24,159 nt of DNA from an uncultured Candidatus Poseidoniales archaeon (GCA_964645485.1 CAZXZO010000024.1:1-24159); one strand, 5' to 3'. Shown: positions 7,201 to 14,068, numbered from the stretch's first letter. Numbers and translations: made by a program. The notes: generated by a model from the letters alone, not told the origin.

Positions 7201-9397
7201 CGCGCCCTTTGGGTGGCATCTTGGTTTCGACTCTCTAGGCTCAATCGCTGGCTCACCTTCTGCATCTTCTGGATACATTGCTTCTTCTACTTCTCAGGTT
7301 TCAAGAGTAACTCTAGTGCCGCCAACTGACCACCTCGTTTCATCTGGAACCTTGCTTAGCGGTTCATTGACGGCAGTTTCCCAATTAGATAACAGCTTGT
7401 CATGGAATCTTGGGTTTGATTTCATAGTCACCGGATACCGAAATGCCAGTATACTCAATGAGTCAAGTTTCGGTAGTTTACGGCCCGATAGTCAATTGAA
7501 TCTTAGATTCACAGTTATGAATGAAGGAAATATTGAACTTACGCTAAATCCAACAGTGGAATTACCCGGTGGTTGGGCGGTGTCCAATCAACTCCCAACC
7601 ATGACTTTACAACCCTCTGAAACAAAATCTCTAGTTGTTGGTTTACAAGGAAATGGAGTCGCTGCAGCAGGACCAATCGAGTTGATATTGATTGATAGTT
7701 CTGGATTCCGAATCCAATGGGAGGGATATTTAGATGTTCAATCTGTACCCCAACCAAGCATCAGTTTTGATGAGATAATTTTGGCTGATGGTACAAGGTC
7801 TTCTAGCATATTTGGATTGGGAGACCACGCTGTGGGTATGCCTGGATTTAGATTGGTTTGGTTGGTGACAAATAGCGGGGCTCAACCTTGGACTCCAATG
7901 ACCCAATTATTGCTTCCATCAAGCGCATGGACCGGGATGTGTGATCCAATTTCAGAAGTGGCACCAAATAGTGGTGAACGCGTTGAATGTCTAATTGTGA
8001 TGCCACCTAGTACCGATGCTGGAAGTGAACCAGCAGTAACCATGCAAATTACAATTGATGATGTCCAAATATCAAACACTTTAACCTTGAAAACTGCTAC
8101 TACAAAGAATGTACAATGGGAGAACTATGTTGAGCCAGAAACCATCGTGGAGGGTGTGAAAACCACTTTTTCAATTGATGTTGTTAATGATGGAAATGCA
8201 CCCTTGTCGCACCGTATAGGTGTTACCGGCCCGAACGGTTGGGATGTGGAGATTCTCAACGGTAAAATGGTTGAGTTATCGGCTGGTGAGGCTCGCACAT
8301 TGACGGTTGAAGTAATGGCAAATGAACCAGGTCTTGGTACCCTTGTGCTTTCCCTTCTTTCTGCTGATGATGTTTCAGGTTCATCTCATAGCATCGAATT
8401 TGATGTCACTGATGACCCTAATCGAGAAGTAAGTTCAAGTGGGGGAACAATGCAAATAATTGGGGCGATTATACTACTACTCTTGCTTTGTGTTGGTGGA
8501 TTTGTTCTAGTTTCAATGCGGAAGCAAGAGTCAACATCAAATTTCAATTTAGGGAAAAATTCAGGGAATTTGCCTATTCCTCCACCCAATTCAGCAGGGC
8601 TTGGTTTACCTCCGCTACCAAATGGTGGTTCACAACTCCCTCACTTAGAAGGTCTCGAACAATTACCACCTCCTCCAAAGAATAACGCCAGTGGAACACA
8701 GTCGCAAGTTGCACCAGGCGGGGTTGCTAGTGGAGCCAAGAATCCCAAGGGGATGGGTAGTTTCCCACTTCCACCGCCACCTCAATCACATCCAGCACAG
8801 GCTCCTCCTGCTGATGCTTTTGTTAAGGTAGAAGATGAAGCCCAAGTGCAGTCTCAAGATGGAAATTCAGTACAATCTCAAGATACAGATTCAGAAGATG
8901 ATTCTGTTACTAGCACTGAAGTTGGCGAGGAGGCTGAAGTTGCACAACTACCACAACCAGCCGAAGTAGAGGAAGTTGCAGAGGTGGCTGAAACTGCTGA
9001 GGTTGCAGAAACTGTCGACCCGGCTGAGGTGGCTGAAACGACTCAGGTTGCCGAAGAAGTGGAAGTGGCTGACCCGGCTGACCCGGCTGAAGTGGCTGAA
9101 ACTGCCGAAGTTGCCGAGGTGGCTGAAGTGGTCCAACCGGCAGAGGAGACAGAAGTGGCTACAACGGCCGAAATGGCGGCAATTCCACAACAAGAGGAAT
9201 CAAAGCCCGAACAGAGCGATGAAGCCGACCCAAATCACAAGTGTTGGGTTTGCCTTGATATTCTTCCAACTAAGGGTTGGCAAGCGTGTCCAAAATGTGG
9301 AGCACGCTATCATTTAAGCGATTCTGAATGTGGGATTTCCAAACTATCAAATTGCCGGAATTGTGAAGGAAAAATATCCGATTTTGTGAAGGTGTGA
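4271..9397 (+). CDS. Membrane-anchored S8 family (subtilisin, KP-43-like) serine peptidase with CARDB/NEW3-like Ig domains, TM helix and cytoplasmic Pro-rich, acidic and zinc-finger tail, 1708 aa
   Basis: Signal peptide present. Catalytic D288 (IAVADSG), H322 (HGTHV), oxyanion N425 (FSAGND) and S512 (GTSMAAP). A KP-43-type C-terminal beta domain (LKIVLSWSD..NDLDL..NNVE) and a CARDB-like module (VDPTDAFDELDEANN) follow. N-x-G Ig motifs occur at 6497, 6818, 7160, 7520, 7871 and 8186. The TM at 8456-8518 is followed by RK, and a C-terminal Cys/His cluster lies at 9242-9364. Confidence 0.95.
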   Translation: MSNRYSALFMLIMLLLMPMGSLLPDKAESDDFSGNELRSIEYILIEPDPNSIRGLNNSILSEGTEQIRSTEASTRIGIYDSDGLRLNKIIPPSLAVSRFDIAMVLVDGEVGLWEAQEEITSIKGVEIRAYIPPSGFFVQGDATSLQAVKSLPSVIAIHPVPLAMFVSDELLENQISESSFIRIEGWRSNIDSSLTDGVNIAGLAWSVSEVAQSEMIVDSTLDVGRYEGWVKVDDIPVIAANPAISWLRIPPVFEIHNSEAKGHMKVSSIVSAFGTTLNGSGQIIAVADSGLDQDHGDMNGRINAVVSVVSGDSSTEDTHSGHGTHVSCTVLGDGNRGGYSGVAPEANLYFQAMERDSDGQFYSPSMNYLLNAAYNSGANIHTNSWGSQTNFGKYTTDSADVDDRTNHYDQYWSYDGMVALFSAGNDGSGAGTITPPATAKNQIAVGNHHNRGGGAPDTLASSSSRGPTEDGRIKPDVSAPGAWVRSCRSQDATDTGGASWSSQWYLEYSGTSMAAPNAAGASALIREYLMEVAHRPEPQGALVKSLLILGAEDMGTRNIPNNDEGWGRVNLQRSLAAIGDTGVWVDDRNYLRSGNNRDYSFNLTHGWQQLKIVLSWSDYRGSTWATDQLQNDLDLLVTAPDGTTTYLGNVFENGRSVSGGTADDVNNVEVVLIDQAQKGIWTVRVSDVRHGGQKSEQTYALAIRGAGVDDLSPDAAFVPQSFSLSDPIPQVNEQVTFTAQVSNMGSRVMDDLQVRASAGGQVLNTQTISLGPGEVKGLNWQWTPVSNGDNDIIIEVDPTDAFDELDEANNILLVTVGVTEPGVRVTTQSVIERVRDSTSNTAQWNLTIKNTALIPTNATISVEKPIRQSDGQQFNDWFQSFSQTTFALNGSQAVDVGLTMVHPSPPEPGIYQFTVTGRDVDNNIDYPITLTLDVPVLPGFRFDNLNQISVSPVENTSFDVTMYNEGNGPQGWDLTLDAPFGWHLGFDSLGSIAGSPSASSGYIASSTSQVSRVTLVPPTDHLVSSGTLLSGSLTAVSQLDNSLSWNLGFDFIVTGYRNASILNESSFGSLRPDSQLNLRFTVMNEGNIELTLNPTVELPGGWAVSNQLPTMTLQPSETKSLVVGLQGNGVAAAGPIELILIDSSGFRIQWEGYLDVQSVPQPSISFDEIILADGTRSSSIFGLGDHAVGMPGFRLVWLVTNSGAQPWTPMTQLLLPSSAWTGMCDPISEVAPNSGERVECLIVMPPSTDAGSEPAVTMQITIDDVQISNTLTLKTATTKNVQWENYVEPETIVEGVKTTFSIDVVNDGNAPLSHRIGVTGPNGWDVEILNGKMVELSAGEARTLTVEVMANEPGLGTLVLSLLSADDVSGSSHSIEFDVTDDPNREVSSSGGTMQIIGAIILLLLLCVGGFVLVSMRKQESTSNFNLGKNSGNLPIPPPNSAGLGLPPLPNGGSQLPHLEGLEQLPPPPKNNASGTQSQVAPGGVASGAKNPKGMGSFPLPPPPQSHPAQAPPADAFVKVEDEAQVQSQDGNSVQSQDTDSEDDSVTSTEVGEEAEVAQLPQPAEVEEVAEVAETAEVAETVDPAEVAETTQVAEEVEVADPADPAEVAETAEVAEVAEVVQPAEETEVATTAEMAAIPQQEESKPEQSDEADPNHKCWVCLDILPTKGWQACPKCGARYHLSDSECGISKLSNCRNCEGKISDFVKV
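8957..9181 (+). repeat. Intragenic 9-bp-period tandem repeat encoding (E-V-A / E-T-A / D-P-A)n
   Basis: Encodes PAEVEEVAEVAETAEVAETVDPAEVAETTQVAEEVEVADPADPAEVAETAEVAEVAEV. GACCCGGCT is directly duplicated at 9071/9080, and GACCCGGCTGARGTGGCTGAAAC occurs at 9017 and 9080. A hand count gives 109/180 G+C over 9001-9180. Confidence 0.85.
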
Positions 9398-9448
9398 ATA
9401 CAAATGAAACACGATGCACCTGAAATTCAGAGTAGCCGCATATTCATC

Positions 9449-9472
9449 AAGGAGGGGTGGGCTTCGCCCACC
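9449..9472 (+). promoter_or_regulatory. SD (AAGGAGGGG) followed by a GC-rich hairpin abutting the probable start codon
   Basis: GGTGGGC-TTC-GCCCACC (9456-9472) is a perfect 7-bp stem lying directly before ATG9473. Confidence 0.5.
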
Positions 9473-12109
9473 ATGCGTACGAGCCGGAGCACCTCTCGCT
9501 ATGCGGCGTTTTTGTTCACTTCTCTGTTGGTTCTGTCCTTTGTTCCAACGGTTTCGGCGAGTATTGGTGTGTCTGTTTCATCTAGCCCGATGGCCCTTAC
9601 GGTAAATCCCGGGGAAAATGGTTCTTACACTATTACCGTGACAAATACCGGCGACGAAGACATGACTGTTTCACTAACTACCTCTCAAGCCCAAGATTGC
9701 ACTGGATACACTTCAACGATTGAACAGATTCCAGGGCAGATTTCAGGTGGTGGTTCCGAAACCACCACTCTTACGGTAGCGCTTGCACAAAATGCTGAAG
9801 GCAGTTGCGAAACCACTGTTACTGCAACAGCAACTGCACCACTAAATGCTCCAGAGACTGGAGATGTGATTGTGACTACAACCGCTGGCGAAGGTTCAGG
9901 TGGGGCGATAACTGGAGTTGACTTAACTTCATCAAATCCCGACCGGACATTCAATGGCGCCAACCCTGTAACATGGACAGTTAATGTGGAAAACACTGGT
10001 CAAACAAATGAGTCAATCCAATTGTCTTTTGAGAGCAACGCAACATGTGAATCATCTCTCTCTGCGTCGGTCGACCCCTCAGTGGTAACAGTTGACAGCG
10101 GTGAAAGCGAGGTTGTAACCGTTGAAGTCACAGTTCCAGAAGGAACCGAGGCTGGCAGCCATTGTTTCTATCTCAAAGGAGTTGTTACCACGCCTACAAC
10201 TCCTGAGCAGTCTTCTGATTTCATCAAATTATTCCTCGAGGTTCCCGAAATGAAGGAATGTAGCGCTTCGCTATCAGTTTCAAGTGCTTTAATTGATCCA
10301 GATGAAACTAAGAGTTATTCAATCACTTTCCACAATGATGGAAATACTGATTGGACAATAGGATTCTCCGTAAACAGTCAGAAGACGTGGCTGAGTGTAG
10401 ATGGAGGTTCAACCCAATTACTGCCTTACAATGGCGGTAACGGGCAAACAAATTTCCAGTTTGATATCACTCCGGATGATTCGCTTCCAGCCGGGAGCAT
10501 TGTTGATTTCAACATCATGGGGCTAGATGGTTCATCTCAGAAATGTAGCGCATTGTTCCAAGTTGAATTAGGGCAATCACGTGCTGGAAATGTGCAGTTA
10601 GAGTCCTCAAGAATTGATAATATTGAACCCGGGACAACTCGTTCTGTAGTGATTACTGCGTACAACTATGGCAATGGCCAAGAGACATTCTCCATTGGAG
10701 TTAGTAGCCAAGCGGGATGGGTTTCACAACTTGATTCAAGTTCAATCGCTTTAGAAGGGCGTCACTCATCTTCTGGTTCAAACGGAGCGATTCTGCTTGA
10801 TATTACTGCGCCAGAAGACGCATTAGCAACAGATGAACTGACATTTGATGTCACAATATTTGCAGCCGATGGTACACCATATGGTTCTGACACGCTCACA
10901 GTAACTGTCGCTGCGCACCGTTCAATGAGTGCAGATATGCAAGCAACTGAACAGTTTGGTAAGACGGGAGAAACTTCTCGATTCCCGGTCACTTTTACTA
11001 ACACAGGAAATATTCAAGACTCATTCACTCTCAGTTTGTGTGACCAACCACCATCATCAAATCCAAATCTTTGTGATTCACCTAATTGGCCAGGTCGATT
11101 TTCAGATTCACTAGGTTCAGAAATCACTAGTGTTTCACTTGCTGCTGGGGCATCAGTCACTGTCTACGCAGAAATTACTGTTGAAGGAGAGGATGAGTTC
11201 GAATCAGAAAACTTCCAAGTCCGTATCAAAAACGTAAATGACGGAACAGTCCAAGAGAGATTCGACTTGAGGGTAATTGTCTCCAACCACGTTTATCGCA
11301 TGGGTATGGCGTTACAGTCACCAGGTGAAATCCCTGACATGCAGGAACTAGAGTTACCCCCCATGGGTGAGGTAGAAGTTAGGGTTATCGTCACTAATGT
11401 AGGCTCATCTTCATACACCGAAGAAGCGATTATTTCAGTATCCGGGATGGAAGCTGAAACTATGGTTGATGTGTATTATGAAAACGGGACCATTGTAGAA
11501 GGCAAAATCGAGTTGGAAAAGGATGAGTCTATCGTTTTAAGGCTTGTAATCAATATTGAAGAAGGTGTACCAAATGGTGTATCTGGCTTGATAAAAGTTT
11601 CAGCGGCTTCAAGTCGCAATGCAGCAGAGTTGTCAACCGTGAAAATTTCACTTTCCATTAGGACAAATCATGAGATTGACTTTGAGGTTGATGGAGATGT
11701 TGATTCATCAATAGTTTATGGTGAGATTGCTAGAATATCGGTTAACATCACGAACAGTGGAAACATAGAGGAAACTATCCGCTTGTTGAGTAGCAATCCT
11801 GTGCGTGGATGGGCGATTGAAATCACTGAAGAAGAGGTCTTGCTTGAACCAGGAGAAACTAGGGCTGTAGAAGTGATTGTTAAGCCTCCAACAAATCTGA
11901 TGCAACCCGATACCTTCGAGTTTACATTGACTGCAGAACCGGCATCTTCTCCGGTCTCAGCGCAACCAATTGACCTATCTGTTTCAGCCACTCCGCCGAC
12001 TGGATTATTCGGTAGTGGTGGCAACTTGCAAGTGATTGGACTAACTTTCCTCACGCTCCTTGTTTTCGGCGCAATTGTGTCATCAATTCGCGCTCGAAGA
12101 AATGCATAA
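9473..12109 (+). CDS. Membrane-anchored surface protein of seven Ig-like (NEW3/NPCBM-associated, COG1470-like) modules
   Basis: From ATG9473 there is a typical Sec signal (MRTSRSTSRYAAFLFTSLLVLSFVPTVSA). Seven N-x-G motifs at 9644, 9992, 10334, 10664, 11000, 11396 and 11753 are spaced 110-132 aa apart. Eight Cys occur in apparent pairs. The C-terminal TM ends in a basic tail (LQVIGLTFLTLLVFGAIVSSIRARRNA). The alternative start ATG9404 (weak AAGGTG SD) cannot be excluded. Confidence 0.85.
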   Translation: MRTSRSTSRYAAFLFTSLLVLSFVPTVSASIGVSVSSSPMALTVNPGENGSYTITVTNTGDEDMTVSLTTSQAQDCTGYTSTIEQIPGQISGGGSETTTLTVALAQNAEGSCETTVTATATAPLNAPETGDVIVTTTAGEGSGGAITGVDLTSSNPDRTFNGANPVTWTVNVENTGQTNESIQLSFESNATCESSLSASVDPSVVTVDSGESEVVTVEVTVPEGTEAGSHCFYLKGVVTTPTTPEQSSDFIKLFLEVPEMKECSASLSVSSALIDPDETKSYSITFHNDGNTDWTIGFSVNSQKTWLSVDGGSTQLLPYNGGNGQTNFQFDITPDDSLPAGSIVDFNIMGLDGSSQKCSALFQVELGQSRAGNVQLESSRIDNIEPGTTRSVVITAYNYGNGQETFSIGVSSQAGWVSQLDSSSIALEGRHSSSGSNGAILLDITAPEDALATDELTFDVTIFAADGTPYGSDTLTVTVAAHRSMSADMQATEQFGKTGETSRFPVTFTNTGNIQDSFTLSLCDQPPSSNPNLCDSPNWPGRFSDSLGSEITSVSLAAGASVTVYAEITVEGEDEFESENFQVRIKNVNDGTVQERFDLRVIVSNHVYRMGMALQSPGEIPDMQELELPPMGEVEVRVIVTNVGSSSYTEEAIISVSGMEAETMVDVYYENGTIVEGKIELEKDESIVLRLVINIEEGVPNGVSGLIKVSAASSRNAAELSTVKISLSIRTNHEIDFEVDGDVDSSIVYGEIARISVNITNSGNIEETIRLLSSNPVRGWAIEITEEEVLLEPGETRAVEVIVKPPTNLMQPDTFEFTLTAEPASSPVSAQPIDLSVSATPPTGLFGSGGNLQVIGLTFLTLLVFGAIVSSIRARRNA

Positions 12110-12162
12110 TTCATTGGAATAAATGCTCATTTTAGCCTTTAGTCGAAGATGTGACTTGCTAG

Positions 12163-12180
12163 TAATAATGAATTATTAAA
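12163..12180 (+). promoter_or_regulatory. Putative archaeal promoter of the nuo operon (TATA-like TTATTAAA) overlapped by a 7-2-7 palindrome
   Basis: TTATTAAA at 12173-12180 lies in the only sizeable AT-rich intergenic region. TAATAAT-GA-ATTATTA (12163-12178) is a perfect inverted repeat. Confidence 0.5.
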
Positions 12181-12212
12181 GCCTGCCAGTTTCATTGAAT
12201 ATACTTGGCTGA

Positions 12213-12291
12213 AGCCCCTACGGGGCTATCCGGACTTTGGTTATGCTTATGGGGTCCATGCAAGTCGAGGAAAACAACGAACTGCGGTTCG
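12213..12291 (+). other. Putative structured 5' leader of the nuo operon
   Basis: Two short hairpins: AGCCCC-TAC-GGGGCT (12213-12227) and CGAAC-TGCG-GTTCG (12278-12291, a cUNCGg tetraloop). A possible GGAC/GTCC helix (12232-35 / 12254-57) lies between them. No match to a known riboswitch was recognised. Confidence 0.3.
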
Positions 12292-12298
12292 AGGGTGT

Positions 12299-12772
12299 GT
12301 GGACAGGTTGGTAGTAGAAAGTGTCCCCTCTGCTTACCTCGGACTCGCGATAATGACAGTGGTCGGTTTTGGCTTTCCATTTGGGGCGTTTTTGACTTCA
12401 AGATTTCTTCGCCCAACTCCTGACCCAAATAATCCAACTAAACTAAGTTCAATTCTTTTGGATGGGCTTGAATCGGACCATTCACTGTATTCTCGAGGTG
12501 ACTCTACTTACGAGTGTGGTTCTAATCCACTAGGGGATGCTATGATTGATTTCCACTTCCAGTATTATTGGTATGCAATCATTTTCTTAGTGTTTGATAT
12601 TGCCTTTATGTTCCTAGCATTTGGCGGTTTACTCTCAATGAATGCACAGCCAAATTCCCCTGATACAATTGAATTGGCAGTTGGTGGATTAGTCACTGTT
12701 GGAGTATTCCTAGCGCTGATGTCGCTTGGAGTTTGGTATGCGTTTCGTAAGCGGGGCAGAATTTACATTTGA
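12299..12772 (+). CDS. nuoA: Complex I-like (Fpo-like) oxidoreductase subunit A
   Basis: Three TM segments with the conserved YECG loop and YYWYAIIFLVFDIAFMFL motif. The start is uncertain: GTG12299 or TTG12308 (SD GAGGGTG at 12291-12297). There is no in-frame ATG before TM1. Confidence 0.9.
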   Translation: MDRLVVESVPSAYLGLAIMTVVGFGFPFGAFLTSRFLRPTPDPNNPTKLSSILLDGLESDHSLYSRGDSTYECGSNPLGDAMIDFHFQYYWYAIIFLVFDIAFMFLAFGGLLSMNAQPNSPDTIELAVGGLVTVGVFLALMSLGVWYAFRKRGRIYI

Positions 12773-12781
12773 GGTGATTAG

Positions 12782-13375
12782 ATGTCGGATGAAACACAAA
12801 ATTATGCAGTATTCAATAGCCAAGCGCTAATTGATACAGTTGGCGATAGTGCTAGTGCCGGATTAGAGGCAAGCCGCCTAAAGAAATTCATCAGCGTTCT
12901 AGGAGGGCGTTTCTTCAACTGGGGACAAAGAAAATCATTGTTCCCGCTCCACCTAGGAATCAAATGTTGTGCATTAGAAATGGCTGCTGCTGGTGGTTCA
13001 AGATTTGACGCAGAACGATTTGGCGTGTTTTTCCGTTCTTCGCCACGTCAGTGCGACGTTATGCTTGTTAACGGGCCCATCTCTAAGAAATTCGCTGACC
13101 CGATTGTCCGTTTGTGGGAGCAAATGCCGGAACCAAAGTGGTGCATTGCAATGGGTGAATGTGCTATTTCAGGGGGTCCATACTACCAATCATACAACAT
13201 TCTTGAAGGCGTAGATACAATAATTCCTGTTGATGTTTACATCCCAGGTTGCCCACCTCGTCCTGAGGCTTTGATTGATGGATTCCAACACCTTCGTAAG
13301 AAAATCATGAGGATTGGTACAACACCTAGCACCGTTAGAGATGACGACGCGCCAATTATTGTTGGAGACCAGTGA
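12782..13375 (+). CDS. nuoB: Complex I-like subunit B (N2 [4Fe-4S] cluster)
   Basis: Tandem-Cys motif GIKCCALEM, plus SPRQCDVMLVNG, WCIAMGECAISGG and VDVYIPGCPPRPEAL. SD GAGGTGA at 12771-12777. Confidence 0.97.
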   Translation: MSDETQNYAVFNSQALIDTVGDSASAGLEASRLKKFISVLGGRFFNWGQRKSLFPLHLGIKCCALEMAAAGGSRFDAERFGVFFRSSPRQCDVMLVNGPISKKFADPIVRLWEQMPEPKWCIAMGECAISGGPYYQSYNILEGVDTIIPVDVYIPGCPPRPEALIDGFQHLRKKIMRIGTTPSTVRDDDAPIIVGDQ

Positions 13376-13398
13376 ATAAGGAGGGGTCTAGGGTGGGG

Positions 13399-14058
13399 AT
13401 GAAGATTTTAGAAGAATATGCGGAAGAATCTGCGCAGCAGGTTGTTGATGCAGCATCCACTCGATGGGGTGGTGCAGGCTTGGATGCTGAAGTCCGCCAC
13501 CACAAGAGTGGAATGAAGCGCCCATATGTGTTCATTAATTGCCCCAAAAATCACTGGCGAGCGGTTGCAAAGTGGCTTCGCTTTGAGATGGGCGCTGACC
13601 ATTGTTCAATGATTACAGGAACTCATTGGCCAGAAGGCTCAGATGAGAAGAAATGGGAAGTTGTTGTCCACTTGATGCGAATGAATGTCATCAATCCACC
13701 AGAGCGTGGTGGATGGACCGAACAAGTAATTCGCGACCCTTCAATTTTACAAGATAATGATGTTCCGATGGAATTTGAAATCAGTATTTCAATCCCTGAT
13801 ACTCGAAACCCAACTGTTCAGTCTGTGCAAGAGGTATGGATGGGTGCTGATTGGAATGAAAAGGAAACTTGGGACTTAGTTGGAATCGAGTTCGAAGGCC
13901 ATCAGGGTATGCGTAGAGTTTTGCAGCCTCATGATACACCGGTTGGATTCCACCCCCTACAAAAGGAACACAAGATTCGCTACCATGATTCTGAAATCAT
14001 GTATGATGATCCACAAGGATTCGGACGTAAACCGGCCGATGATGGCAAGGTAAAGTGA
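13399..14058 (+). CDS. nuoC: Complex I-like subunit C
   Basis: Motifs CSMITGTHW, SVQEVWMGADWNEKETWDLVGIEFEGH and HPLQKE. ATG13399 follows AAGGAGGGG/GGGTGGGG. GTG13372, overlapping the nuoB stop, is the alternative start. Confidence 0.92.
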   Translation: MKILEEYAEESAQQVVDAASTRWGGAGLDAEVRHHKSGMKRPYVFINCPKNHWRAVAKWLRFEMGADHCSMITGTHWPEGSDEKKWEVVVHLMRMNVINPPERGGWTEQVIRDPSILQDNDVPMEFEISISIPDTRNPTVQSVQEVWMGADWNEKETWDLVGIEFEGHQGMRRVLQPHDTPVGFHPLQKEHKIRYHDSEIMYDDPQGFGRKPADDGKVK

Positions 14059-14068
14059 GGTGAAAATT

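Noticed and set aside
8948-9317. ORFs 8948-9193 (-) and 8976-9317 (+) with repetitive H-F-S / W-L-K sequences
   Set aside because: These are alternate-frame shadows of the 9-bp coding repeat, which lacks stops in those frames.
9361-9392. Direct repeat TTGTGAAGG x2, resembling a Rex operator half-site
   Set aside because: It is a direct rather than inverted repeat, lies inside the protease coding region, and is explained by the C-E-G / F-V-K-V codons.
9420-9430. Palindrome CTGAA-A-TTCAG upstream of the surface protein
   Set aside because: Only 5 bp per arm, which is expected by chance.
12192-12437. Short ORFs 12205-12423 (+) and 12192-12437 (-) as a leader peptide or antisense gene
   Set aside because: No convincing SD, no recognisable motif, and both overlap nuoA extensively. 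A leader peptide cannot be supported from sequence alone.
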